The notes beneath the pieces were generated by a model. It was not told the DNA's origin, made no database searches, and saw nothing but the letters and a program-made list of their open reading frames with translations. The position numbers and the translations under genes were made by a program. From assembly GCA_040357565.1 (NCBI GenBank), contig JBDODJ010000038.1: DNA of 64,000 bases; one strand, 5' to 3'. This document shows, piece after piece, positions 1 through 12,434 of this stretch. Source of the DNA: Cercozoa sp. M6MM (Eukaryota; Protista; Endomyxa: Ascetosporea). Each line of letters opens with the position of its first letter. Positions within the stretch are counted from its first letter, which is position 1.

Positions 1-3000
1 TCGGGCAGCGAGCAAGACGATATATTTCCTGGTTTCTTGTTCTCTTTTTTTGTGCTCGTTCGTCGATCGGCCAGCGGACGACTGTTCGTGTGGTTTTTTA
101 GAGTGGAAAGACTACCTCGGCACGCTGTCGCTCGACTGGCAGCTTCTATCTTTTCCTTCGGTACCACACAGACATGCACGACATAGGCTATCTGACTGTT
201 TGTTCTTAGTTGGCCTTCCCCGTCAAATCCGATCAGTATGCTGCGCTGGTAGTGTTTGTTTCAGTTGTGCGTAAGTGTCATTGTATGTTCTTGTGAACGT
301 TGCACCGCAGTACACGAAGCACGTGATCCACGTGACGGCGACGCATCTCGTCGAAACTGAGCGGTTCCGCGAAAAGCGACGCTTTGACTTGGTATCTCTC
401 ACTCCCCTCTGGCTCTCCGTTGGCACATCCTCGTTCATGCAGAGTACGCTGTCGCGCGTACGCGCGATTGGCCAAGACAAAATCGCTTTCCTCGTGGATG
501 GGCGTCGTTCCGATAAAGTGCAGCTGCTTACCCAGGTACCAGTTTGACTTAAACAATTTTCTCAAAACAAAACAATGTTTTCTTCAGATGGATCGCGATG
601 AGTGCTTTAGTGCTCTCAGTTCAATCGTTCATGACCTTACTGTTTCGCGTCGGTACATCATTCTGCCCTGTTTTCAATCAGGCTGTTTTAGGTCTGCCTG
701 CGTGCGTATGAGCAGTGCGCGTCGGATGGACCATCTGAAACCATCGGCTTCCGGAGTTCTCGAACTGCACCGAGGCATGGTACTGCGTGGAACTGGGTGG
801 TGGAACTGTGTAATCAAAGAATAAAACTGGACCGAACGCAGGTCGAATTCGAGAACCAGATTGACGACGACGACGACGATGGCAGTGGCAGCAGCAGCAG
901 CAGTAAACTGCGACGCGTGAAAAAGATGAAACCCAAGCGCCGGTTTGCATTCTTCAACTCTTTTTCTGGCAAAATTTTGTTTCATTGTCATCTCTTGCAC
1001 AGATTCGCCAAAGTTCAGCCAGGCCGCGTCCTGATCTACAAGACCGAAAGCTCACCGCTGCCTTACTCGATTATCACGCTGGTACCAAAGCACCGTCTTA
1101 CCAGAAGCTTGCTACTCTGGATCGTTTAGAGGAATTGTGAAATTGCGGTGCGCTCAACGACTTCGTTTGACCTGTTTTCGCCCAGGTATGACTTTTTCTC
1201 GCATTTTGGCTGGTGTGGAAAGCTGGTGTGAAACTCAAAAACTGAAAACAGGGGCAAGTTGACGTTTAAAGCTGTCAACGGCTTTGCTGACGCACTCAAG
1301 GTACATAGAGTGCACGGAACGTGGCATGTGCGCAAACTGGTCACTCGCTGTAGTGGGTCCGCGCGTATCGACTGGCCATGGCGGTCTCTCGGTTCCAGCA
1401 ACGCCGATCGGTGCCACGCCACTTTTAGTTTTTTAATTTTTTTAACAATTCAAAATGCTCCCATTGTGTAGATGGAACAGTGGAGGTATGACAAGTCACT
1501 AATCGATGGCGCCATTGAGGTGTGCAGACTGTTTGTGTTGCTTTTTCTTTTTTTTTTGTATTCTTTCGAAAAAACAAAGGTATTCAACTTGTCCGGTCGC
1601 TCGCCAGCGCCATCGCCGCAGCGTCCTGCTAGAACTCTCGGTATGTTTAGTGTTATCTGCAGTGTGCTCGAGGACATTGACTGGGTCTTCAGACACGCTG
1701 AAGGTGGACACGACATCCGCAGCTTTGTCTCGACACTCGTCAGCTTCGTCGCTTTCTGGCATCAACCCGTAAAACGTGCTTTCTCTAGATTCTGTTAGCC
1801 TGGGTACGAAAGCTGAACGTGCAGTGGTGCGGAAACTTGCGTCAACGAAGAGGATGGTAGTTTTGGCTTGTTAGCTTTCTTGAGAGGTGAAAGTTTGTGA
1901 GTGTGCTCAGAGGACAGGCACGGTGCCATCGTGGGTGTGATGTCACCGCGCGGAAACAAACAGTTCGCGCTGCTGCGGCCGTCGGGACTCTGTCTCTGGC
2001 TGGGCGAAAGCGACACTGCCACTTCTCTTTTTAGGTTTGTTCGTGTGGCACATGTTTGTTTGTTTATTTTTGTTTTTTGCTGTTTTGCTTGACATGAAGT
2101 GTACACAGTGTGCAGCAAGGCCTGGCCTCGCTGCTGGAGCACCCGGTGCGACGTTTACGCACAATCGTACCATCAAAGCTTTCAGTTTGTTTGTTCAAAA
2201 GAAAACTGGATGATTGTGATGACATCTCTTTTGTGCAGTCCAAGCAGTACACTTCGTTTGTGCAATCGGTGAAACAGCACCTCGACGTGTCGCGACTCTT
2301 CTTGGTACACGCACCCGGTGTCTATCTGTTCAGTTGACTTGATTGGCTGTATCGAGTTGTTGCTTCGTTCGTTTAGGTGGATTCGCATGCGCAAACTTCG
2401 CATGCGCAGATTGAGTTCTGTGCGCCGCAGTTCGAAACGCAGCGTTTCGCTGTTGGGTATGACTAGTGACTAGTGACCTGTGACCAGTGATCACTGACTG
2501 ATACACGAACTGATGTGTTCTGCAGTCGACTTGCAGTGCTGCGTTTGGGTTACTTTGACGTGTCCAATTCGTTGCACTACGAGAATGTACCGGAAGCTTC
2601 AACTTTGAATTATTGTTTGTTGAAGCTTTTTTATTTGGAAAAGGTGGTCGATGCCGCAGCGACGCCGGAAGCGATGGCGAAGGAGTTGATGCAAACTTCG
2701 CCTGCTTTCCCGGTAGGTCAGGGTTTATTAACTTGAGTTTTCGTGCTTGTACTGATCATTGAGAGTGCAGGAGGATATGGCGTTGCGCGATGTGCTGGTG
2801 CGAGATTCGCTTACGCTGCTGCAGAACTTGGTACACTCAATGCGCCGGTTGTATTCTTCCTTCTATACCGGTGGACATGTTTGTGAGTAGGCACTTGCAC
2901 AACACTTGCATGAAAACGCCAGCAAGGTACTTTAGACTGTGTTTAGTTTGGTTCTTTTGTACTTTTGAACCTTTGAACCTTGCCGCTGCAGATTCAACTG

Positions 3001-3877
3001 GGCACGCACCTGCGTTTCGCCGATGTCGTCGCTGCCATGCGAGAGGTAGCACACAGTTGGCTTCTCTTAATTAAGTGCGTTGTACCGACTGGATGTACAG
3101 TCGGCACACACCAATGGCGACAACGACGTCAAGAATGCTCGCATGATGGAAGACCTGCGTGAAGTCGCGTATCTTGTGTGTCCGTCGCAAGCACAGATCG
3201 ATGCCTTCCTGTACCACACCGTGCTGTATGTGTTTGTAATCTCTCTGTAAGACTGGTCTACAGAGACAACTGCATGGAGGATGACGATAAGGACTGCCGT
3301 CTCCTGCTGGACAATGCTGCATTGCTGCTGCTCATCATGCGTATCATTGCTTTGTGTGTCTGTGTGTATGGATTGTAGGTACTGTGTACTCGCAGGATTT
3401 GTGGACCGTCGCATTGCACTGCTGCGCCAGGTGTTCGAGGTGCTCCTGAGTGCGCGCAAGAGCAGCAAGGCCTCGCAAAAGACGCAGCTGGAGGAAGCGT
3501 CGAATGCAGCAGCTGCTGAGCTGGACGTGCTGTCTCGACTGTCGTCGTGTACGTCTGCACTTTTCTGTCCATTGCACATGTATCTGTATCTGCCCAGCCA
3601 TGCCAACACACGACGTGCTGCGCGATCTCGTGCGTGTTTGTGTCGACAATGCTGCCGGCTCTGCTGACACAGGTACTCTTATCTTATCTACTCAGTACGT
3701 CCGTGTTGTGGACATTGTGTTATGCTACAGCGGAAGCAGATGGCATCACGGTCGCGCAAAGGTAATCTCCGTCAAGTTGGTCGTGTCACTTTCAATACAG
3801 GCTTATTTGGCAGGACCCAATCGGTCGAGCACGCCGTGCACTCACTGGAGGAGCGGCGCCGCCTGAAAGCGCCTTGA
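1..3877 (+). CDS. 5'-truncated multi-exon gene with PH-like domain(s) and a helical C-terminal region; function unknown
   Basis: Exons join in frame across about 50-nt GT-AG introns. A PH-like segment reads RFAKVQPGRVLIYKTESSPLPYSIITL...GKLTFKAVNGFADALK|WVRAYRLA. An upstream segment KHVIHVTATHLVETERFREKRRFDL is also PH/TH1-like. The frame continues through MEQWRYDK, SRLFL|VDSHAQ and VVDAAATPEAM to TGA at 3875-3877. Confidence 0.55.
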
Positions 3878-4136
3878 ACGCAACACCGATACGCATTCTA
3901 TCCATAGCATCCCATCGTTTAGTCAGTAAAACACAACGTAGGCAGCGCTTCTCGTACCGAGACGAGCGCACGCTACAACAGTAACGTAGTTAGTTAGTTA
4001 GTTGAGTCTTCTAGGAAACCAACTATGTAGTTCCCCTGCACCGGTCCGGGGTGGGTCGTCAACGCATTAGTAGGGAGTTTTAATTTGGTTATAGTTTGTT
4101 TGATGGCCGGGCGCACGCATGGATAACGGATAGTCT

Positions 4137-5298
4137 TTAATTGAAGAAAGAGCGTCGCATGTGACTGCGTTCGCGTTGCAGCAGTCTCAGGACGGTTGCG
4201 CAACCCGCAAGCACCGCCGTTGCGATAGACAGTGCCCGAAGTGTCGAACCTTCGCTAAGGCTCTCTGTTCCTCTGTTTATTCGAGAATGCTGAGAGATTG
4301 TTTCAGTCATGGAGGTGAAATACCCGATGAGTTGCAAAGGATGTAGCAGTGCAATGGGTGCGAGCGCGTTAAGTCCGCACACGAGAAGTACTTCGCAGAA
4401 TCGACTGAATCGCCAGGTGGTTTGCGAAATCAAGACGTGCAAATACAAGAGCACTCCTTGTAGTATGCATGCGATTGCGCTTAATTCGACTTGCGCACGG
4501 GAGCTGGATTTCATGCCAGCCACGACAACAGATGCACTAGGAGCACCTGCCATTATGCCGAAGGCTACTTGCGCTCCTCTAATAAAGATGGAAATGTACA
4601 GCACTGCATTGTTGCTGCGCTTTTAAACAAGATAGTACCCATTAATTAACGTCACCGCATCGAGCGTTGGCACGAGGTAAAATTCGTGCAACGTTTGAAG
4701 CGTCTCAACTCCAGCGGGTGTTTCTTTTCTTCGCTTTTGCTTCCACTGTCAAATTTATCGCAAGCGTGCAGTTCAGACAATGCACTTAAAGACATGCGTT
4801 TCATACCTGTGTAACCTCGGCTAGCTTTTGATCGGCAGAGGCGACGGCAATGGGGTGGAACCGTTTCGTCACTCGGTCTTGCTGAAAGACTCGCGAGCGA
4901 CCACGATCACCTTGGCCACGCAGCTCAGCGTTAAACTCTCCGTTAACTGTATCTTCACCTACTGCATCGGCACCGCTTGTAGCGAGATCGTCCAGCGCGA
5001 TGCGGAACGAGCCAAACTCAGCAAAGTTGCCTGCTTGACCGCGCAAGTCGGCGACACTGGATCTCCTCCGATCCGTTCGATGTCGCTCGGGTCGCGAAAG
5101 TTCGAAACCTTCGTCCTGTGCACTTTGCCGTCGAACGCGTGGAGACAAACCCACACTGCTCTTTTCACTGCTGGTCTGGGATCTGTCTGCCTGCGAAACC
5201 TGCAGTACTTCACTCGACCGGGTGGAAGGTTCACTGGAGGCAACTGTTTCCCCCTCGTCCAGACGTCGAGCTCGGTGTCTGTCACGGAAATTACTCAT
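4137..5298 (-). CDS. TMEM237: Multi-pass membrane protein, TMEM237-like (ciliary transition zone), tentative
   Basis: A disordered N-terminus (MSNFRDRHR...) carries SRVFQQDRVTKRF. It is followed by about 4 hydrophobic helices starting FIRGAQVAFGIMAG and ending LRALSIATAVLAGCATVL, resembling the recalled TMEM237 layout (FRMIGLFSHGFLAG...). There are 2 predicted introns, and the gene is head-to-head with IFT57. Confidence 0.4.
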
Positions 5299-5461
5299 TT
5301 TGAAACCCACGGGAGCTAGAATGCTGGTTTCGCCTCTCCTACTTGGACCAAAATTCTCTGCCAATGGGATCCACGCGGAGGAAGCGAAATGCGACAGACT
5401 GATTAAAGCTGCACTGATAGCATTGAAACAACGCTACTCTGCATGAAAAGGCGAGGCACGA

Positions 5462-6971
5462 ATGGCAAACGGCGTGTTTAATCCGTTGGCAGCGTGCGAT
5501 GACGCCGAGGAACTGCTGCGTCGCTTGTCGTATCAGGAGAGGTTTTGTGATTCCGAACAGCTGCCGTCGTTGCGGCGCTGGCAGCTCGTGTTGCCTCCGC
5601 AGAGCGATGCTGCCGCAGCGCAACAGTTTATGCTAGTGATGCAGTTAATCAGATGGCTCCTGCTTCAAATGTACCACTGCTCTCTCTTTCGCATTGTCCA
5701 ATTTCCAGCGCATTGTCGTTTTGAATGTTGGTTTGTCTCGAAGAGATGCATGTCAAGTGGAAGTGAGTGAATTCGAGGATCCCAACGTCATTGTGGCATC
5801 CTTGCTAGATGCAGCAGACCGTGCTCTAACCAGCAACACCGGAGATCCAAATTGTAGTCTGCTACAGACGCAGAGCAGAGGTGACTGGCAAAAGCAACTA
5901 CGTCGAGCGCACGGTGGCGATGTCGCCCGTTTGATCTGTATTCTCGCCGCTCGGGCACTGCAAAAATGTGGTCAAGCAAAGCTAGTTGATGTTGAGCGAC
6001 CCGAAAGACGCGCGGTGACTGAGGAGATTGGCGAGTTGGCAGCCGAATCAAGTGATTTTGACGCACCTAGGCCTGCATCTGTCGAAGAAGAGGAAGCCGA
6101 AGCTGACGAGTTCCTCGGATTGTACGCAAGCGGTGATGATGAGCAAGAAAAGCTGTCGCAGGAAAATGAAGATCTCAAAAGCACAGAAGGCATTATTTTG
6201 GAACAACGCCGCGAAATTGACTCAAGGAGGTGGCATCTAGAAGCACTGCGTGTTGCTCCACAGCTGTTGCGAGCTCCAGTGCAGACTGACTCGCAGCACG
6301 AACAAAACGGACTGCACGACGAAGACACAAACGAGTTTGCGGGCTTAGACAAAGCACTTGCGATCGATCAGGTACGCTTGACTGCGCAGAGCAAAAGCTG
6401 GCTCTCGCAGTTGCAGGCGATGCGAAAATTCGCCTCCGTTCTCAAGCAACATGCGAAAGCGATCCAAGAGCCGTTGGCGGCAAAGCAACGCGAAGCACGC
6501 GATTCTACTGTCGCTACAAGTGAGCAAGAACGCTCTTTGAGTGCTGCGCACGCAGAGACGCTGCGAAGGTTGCGCGGAGTGTCGCGACAACTCACCGAAA
6601 CCAAGAAAGAGCTCCAAGATTGTACAAGAAAAATAGCTGACTTGCAGCAGCAACTTTGGGATATAGAAGAAAGTCTCAACGCAGTTGAGTAAACTTACTC
6701 CTTTTTCTCCATTTTTTCCACTGCTATGGAGTGTCATTGGCGCAGGACACAAATAGAAGCGCAGCATGCAGGTGTCAGCGACGTTACACCAGTACGACGC
6801 TTGAAAAAAGCAATAAACGAACTGCGTGCGGAAATTGACGACATGGAGTTGAACATCGGCGTTGCACGCTTCGTGCAATTACAAAACGAGGTCGAGACGC
6901 AACGACGGCGTCGGTCCGCCGCCGCAAAGAAGCGAGCTACCTCTACCCTTGGTACTGTAGCTTTCGAGTAA
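5462..6971 (+). CDS. IFT57: Intraflagellar transport protein 57 (divergent)
   Basis: Motifs LLRRLSYQERFC, EFEDPNVIVASLL, IDSRRWHLEALRVAPQL and VSDVTPVRRLKKAINELRAEIDDMELNIGV match IFT57/HIPPI. Introns at 5671-5743 and about 6689-6745. Confidence 0.85.
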
Positions 6972-7400
6972 TTACATGTACAGTAGGGATCGATGCTAGT
7001 TGTGAATTTCAAAGACACCGCGGGCGAGAGAGGTGGTCAACTCTTGCGAGCGAAGGCGGTAGGACCGCAGGTATCAGTTGTACAATAAGCTCTGTGAATT
7101 TGTCAGCTTGCCTTTGACGCAGAGGCGGAGTAGCGCGCATCGGAAGCGTTTAAGCGGACGCAACAAGCGTCGATTTTGACGTTAAACTGCTAACTGCCCT
7201 GCAGTCAAATTGACAGCAAATACAATATTCTGTACTGGGACATAGTTAAGCCAGTCTGGTGATTTCGGGTAGATCATCCAAGTAAACTTAAACTTACAAC
7301 TTGACGTGTTCAGGCGATTTATAATTTTCAGGAACTAAGGAAACACTCTACTGCCAACTAATAATAAACTGACCGATTCTTTATGGCTAAAGCTTCGATT

Positions 7401-9282
7401 TTATTGCGGAGTGGAAGGGGGTGCCTGCGGCGTGTCGGTCGAAGCGGGCGGCGCCGCACCACTGGAAGCGAAGCACGCGCCCCACGCGTTGCCACACAGT
7501 GTTCCCAAGGACGTCGCAGTGGACGCCACAGCTGACGCCGCGGAAGGTGTCGCGTTAAGTCCAGTCATAGCGAGCTTGCCGGCACTTTGCAGCCACGAGC
7601 GGCCGTAGTACGTGGGATCAGTGTCGCGCGGCATTGACTCTTCGATGTGAGGAGTCTTGGCCGGCAGTTTCGCCATGGCAGGACGCTCAGCGGCAGGAAC
7701 GATGTCACCCACGGGATTCGAGAACACGAACATGTCGCAGTTGCGCATGTGCACAACGCTCACAAACGCAGGATCTCCGCCGCCGGAGGCGGCACCTTGG
7801 ACTCCAAAGTCACTGCACAGACAGATCAAGATACGAGGTAAATATTTCAATACTCCAACAGACAGGCTGTGTTGGTGTTGATGTTACCTTCCCAAATGGC
7901 GTGCAACCTCCATGTGCTGGGCCATCGCGTTTGCATCTTGCACTCCCGCGGTAGTGCTGAAGTCGAATTCACCAGACGGCTGGGGCAAAGTCTCAGTGTC
8001 GCTCAGCGACAGGGCGAGCTGCGTGGCAGCCCAGGCGCGCGTGAAGGCGCCGTGCGACACGACGAGCACGCAGTAGCGCTGCAGTTGCTTCTGCTGTTGC
8101 TGCTTCTGCAGGTGCCGCACGTAGCCCAGTGCGCGTGCTTCCACACTACTCAGTCACAAAAGGCAATCCCAGGAGTAATTTAGAAGTTCAAGAGCCAAGA
8201 AGGCCAACTTACTGCGAGACGTGCTCAGCTCGGAGGTGGCCCTCCATGCGCGAGGACTCAAACTCCGCCAGCGGCTTTCGCAGAATCGCATCGACCTGTC
8301 CTGCAGGGTCGGTGATGTCCTCGAGTTCCAGGTGCTCGGCGTACTTGTGCAGACCGTCTGGTGACATTGACAAATGTCAGATTGTTCAAACAGTCAGCAA
8401 CTGCAGCTCAGCTAAGAATACAACTGTACCACGGTGAAGACGACCGGGTGCCTCGACGCGCATCAATTGCTTTACGAACTCGCTCGGTCCAGCAACAGCA
8501 GCCTGTCGCACCAGATTCAGCAGCAGGCCACGTTGTCCACTCTCCGTCAAGCTGCCAAGGAGTGTGCTCAGTCCGACGTTGGCACTCTGCGTCGTCAGTG
8601 TCTCGCGAATGCGCAGCATCACGCGGAATTCGCGTTCGGCGAACACAGTGGTGATGGCAGCTTCGGCCTGATCCACACCGTGGCAGAACCCTGAGTTGGA
8701 CATCTCCTGCGCGAACTGCTCCACCGCAAAGCCCTGTCAACCAAACCAAGCACTCATATTGCCGGTACAACATCCGAACACAGTAAATCGATACTGAGTC
8801 CCGAAAGAACACAATGCACCAGAGTTTGAAGCGTGCGACGCTGTGCCGACACATGTATGGCGTCGAAGCGACCGAAGAAGGCACGAGCCAAGTCTTCGCA
8901 GGTCGGCTGCCGCCCCGCCAACTCAACGGCAGCGTCGTACCAGCGCTGGCCCAAGCGACAAGCTTCACCCTTGCCCTTTTCGGTCAGAGCGTGGTCGGCC
9001 CCGATTAAACCGGCCTGAGACTGCAACGCAAAGTCAAACAATAACATGAAGAAAAAGGTGGAACGAGTGGAAACTCAAATGAACAAGAATCGATTCAGGC
9101 CTGGAGAACGACTGTACCCCAAGATGAGCGTTGTGCTCGCCCTCTGCGTGTCGGGCCAGCAGCACGTGTAGGCCTTGCGAAGTCGGAGCGAACTCATTTC
9201 GCAGATGACCGAGAAGGACGTCGGAGCTTGCCGCGCTGGAGGCGACAACGACGAGCGCCGTCGTTAAAATCGCGCGAATCAT
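7401..9282 (-). CDS. Histidine phosphatase (phosphoglycerate-mutase-like, branch 1) with predicted signal peptide
   Basis: Catalytic motif LLARHAEGEHN, then DHALTEKGKGEA, HVSAQRRTLQT and VLVVSHG. The N-terminus MIRAILTTALVVVASSAASS is hydrophobic. Multi-exon. Confidence 0.75.
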
Positions 9283-9988
9283 TGTTTTTGGTTCGCCCTG
9301 GAAGGTCAAAGGATTGATTTGCGTCCGACTCCGATACTTGTCCTCAACTTGAGTGAGAATCAATCAAAACAAACACTTAAGACACAGTGGAAAGGACGGA
9401 CGAAACTGGCACGTGTCGCGCACGTGCGACGTTCGGTTCTTGCTGTCTGCCTCAGGTTGACACGTGTCATAAGGTCGGACAACACACGCTCTTTACGAAG
9501 ATCTGTTAAACAGCAACTGACTCGTCGGCAGAAACTAATGTGTGGGAATATTGCGCACGCATGTACAGTCAACACCTACAGTTGCGCGACGGCCATGCCT
9601 GACTAAATCAACGGCAAAATCGATCATTGCTAAGCAATAGAGTTTACAGACGACATCGGCTACGTATACAGAACAGCTAGCAACTGAGCTGTTTAGGCAA
9701 ATTCGATTGAAAATACTGAAACAAGCGCGGTAACGTAAACGGTACGCGAATGGCTTTTGCTAATTCTTAGTTCGCATAGGTGATAAACAAGACTGCCAGA
9801 CCGGACAGATCAGGGTCATACACAAACAAGATCGTCAGTTCCGCGCGGATCTTCGCCTTTGACCATCCAGTTTGCAACCCCTCCCTCCCGACTTGCAACC
9901 TGTCTGCTATATTTGCCAAAACAACACCTTCTGCAACTTTCAGCTGACTTGAAGCACTCGGCACGTTCTGTTACCACCCCGCGACAGC

Positions 9989-10591
9989 ATGAGTCTTGAG
10001 AGAGATAGCTTTTTCACCCGACCGGGTGAAGTGAGCAGCGAATTCGTGCGCGAACCTGATGGTATTCTGTTGCCAGTTGAACCCGAAACGTTGCTTCTTT
10101 TGGTGGTCACTTTCTCTTAAATAGAGCAGGGAAACTACTTGTACACAAGCAGCTACTCTTCAGTGATGCGCAAAGGTGTTTGCATTTTTATTTTACTTTC
10201 CCTCAGTTGTCAGTTATGGCGGTAGGCACCGACGGAGTCGTTTGGAAGGAAACCAAGCGGTCCGAGCGTGACCACACGGGAATGGAAAAGCGCGGCCGTT
10301 TGCGTGAAAAGGACAAGCAGGCGCACGGTATAATCGAGCAGCGTTCCAATGAATCCGCAGTGTGGGAGCGTCGCGAACAGATCACCGGGTGACTTTAAAT
10401 GTGTTCCTTCACGGATAAATTCATATTTCTTGCGTACAGCTTGAAGTCAGACCAGGTGGAAGACTTCGAAACCCAGTACCATACATTTTCATTTCCTGTT
10501 GCATCACCAAAACCACGACGAGCGGGTTTGTTTGTCCAGGTTCCAGGTCGGCGGCACGGAAGAGAAGAAACAGATCGAGAGTGGACAGTAG
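9989..10591 (+). CDS. MLF: Myeloid leukemia factor (MLF/Mlf1IP) family protein, paralog A
   Basis: Spliced product MSLERDSFFTRPGEV...GNYLYTSSYSSVMRK|GTDGVVWKETKRSERDHTGMEKRGRLREKDKQAHGIIEQRSNESAVWERREQITG|LKSDQVEDFETQ matches the recalled MLF1 core ([33 protein letters not shown]...FDEEW). 4 predicted introns. Confidence 0.7.
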
Positions 10592-10964
10592 CTGAGCATG
10601 AGTTCTTTACGTTACGCAATTTATACGCGTTACCATTATGTTTAAATGCGTACACCTGCGTACGGTAGCTACCTGTTATCGCAGCCTTAGCAATTCAGGC
10701 TTTGGCAGTGCAAAAAGAGTCTATGCCAGGAAAAGACTAAAGAAACAAATGGAATCGACGTCAGCACAGATGTAGTTCCCCACGGGGGGTCCTGAGTACA
10801 TCGTTTCGTAACATAGTGACTATCGTATCACAAATCACGAGTAGGTAATTAAACTTAATCCCCGATCTGGCGGCACGGGGCGAACCGAAACCCAATGTCT
10901 TGCGAGGCGGGAACAGCAGGGATGGAGTTTGAGACGCCAGTTGGAGAACCGAAGGGAGGGCCCG

Positions 10965-12434
10965 TTAGACAAGGATCTCGTTGATGCTCTGCTGCACCAT
11001 GATATCCTTGACGGAGTTGAACACCATGAAGATGTTCTGCTTGTTGGTGGCGCACGTCACGTGCGTGTAGATCGTCTTGTTCGGCATGCGGTTGAGCTTC
11101 TCAAACTCCTCGGTGAGGAAGGCGAAAGCGAGCGCCGGGTCGCGCGAATCGCCGTGCGGGTAGTGCTGTCAACACGGGGGGTAGAGATACTGGGAGGTAA
11201 TAAACAGCAAGGTACCTCGAAGCACCGCGTGAGCGGCACCTGCTGAATCTTCTGCTCGAACAAGTCGCGCTTGTTGAGGAAGAGGATGATGGCCGTGTCC
11301 TTGAACCAGCGGAGGTTGCAGATCTCGTCGAACAGCGAGAGCGCCTCGTCCATGCGGTTCGTGGTGTGGTCCTCGTACAGCACCTGGTCGTACTCGCTGA
11401 TAGCAGCCACGAAAATCACGGCCGTCACATTCTCGAAACAGTGGATCCACTGTGCATACCAATCAGTACATTCACAAGGGTCAGGAGGGGGGGGGGGTAA
11501 AACACTACCTTCTTGCGCTCGTTGCGCTGGCCACCGACGTCGAACAATTTGAATCGGCTGCCGTCGATCGTGAAGGAGGTCTCCACGATACCTGTCGTAC
11601 GCACACGCGTGCGCAACACGTCCTGTACAGGGGGGGGGGGGGGGNNNNNNNNNNNNNNNNNNNNNNNNNNNNNNNNNNNNNNNNNNNNNNNNNNNNNNNN
11701 NNNNNNNNNNNNNNNNNNNNNNNNNNNNNNNNNNNNNNNNNNNNGTACCTGCCGTGACGGGATGTACTCTGGCATGGCCATATCATCCACGCGGCCGAAA
11801 AAGTAGGGCGCTGAATCCGGCATCTGGAACTCGCTCTTCCGCGCGTACACTCTCTGCACGCCCTCGTCCGACCAGAGCGTCTTGATGTGCTGCGCCAGCG
11901 CCGCGTCCACCGCCGCGTCCGTACCCGCCTCGAACAGTGCCTGCGCCGCACATCGCAACTCAACTCAACCCAAAGCATCGCAACTCAACTCAACTCAAAG
12001 CATCGCAACTCAACTCAACTCAAAGCATCGCAACTAACTCAACTCAACTCAACTCAACTCAACTCAAAGCATCGCAACTCAACTCAACTCAAGCAAAAGT
12101 AACGCACCTCACGGGCAGCCTCGGCCTCGGGCGTCTGCAGGCCGTAGCTCGGGTCGCTCGCAGCGTACTCGTCCACCTTGCGCATCAGCGTGGCCATGGC
12201 GCCCAGCGTGTTGGCGTGCACCACCGTCGTGAATGACATTCGGTCGGCCTCGGAGAAACCGTCGCCGTAGCAGTTGATCATCTGCTTGAAGAGCGTCGAC
12301 TTGCCGGACTCACCAGCGCCCAGAAGCAGCAGCTTCTTGAGCTCCAGGTCGCGCTGCCTGTCCATCTCGAGCTGGTGCTCGAGCACCGGGTTGCGCCCGA
12401 TGTTGTTCGCACTGCCGCTACTGCAGATGCCCAT
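10965..12434 (-). CDS. Heterotrimeric G-protein alpha subunit
   Basis: MGICSS lipidation start, G1 GAGESGKS, switch-[11 protein letters not shown]3 [13 protein letters not shown]4 FLNKRD and G5 TCAT. 4 introns; the N-gap is intronic because PSRQ|DVLRTR is contiguous. Confidence 0.96.
11645..11744. other. Assembly gap (100 N) inside a G-alpha intron, next to a poly-G run
   Basis: Run of 100 N flanked by a G homopolymer. Confidence 0.98.
11951..12092. repeat. Composite (AACTC)n / AAAGCATCGC tandem repeat in G-alpha intron 1
   Basis: Seen directly: caactcaactcaactcaaagcatcg repeated about 5 times. Confidence 0.9.

Noticed and set aside
2384-2410. Tandem GCATGCGCA (NRF1-like) promoter motif
   Set aside because: It falls in a predicted coding exon (DSHAQTSHAQ) of the 1-3877 gene.
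11951-12092. Possible CRISPR-like repeat-spacer array
   Set aside because: The 'spacers' are just AACTC copies, the context is a eukaryotic intron, and there are no cas genes.
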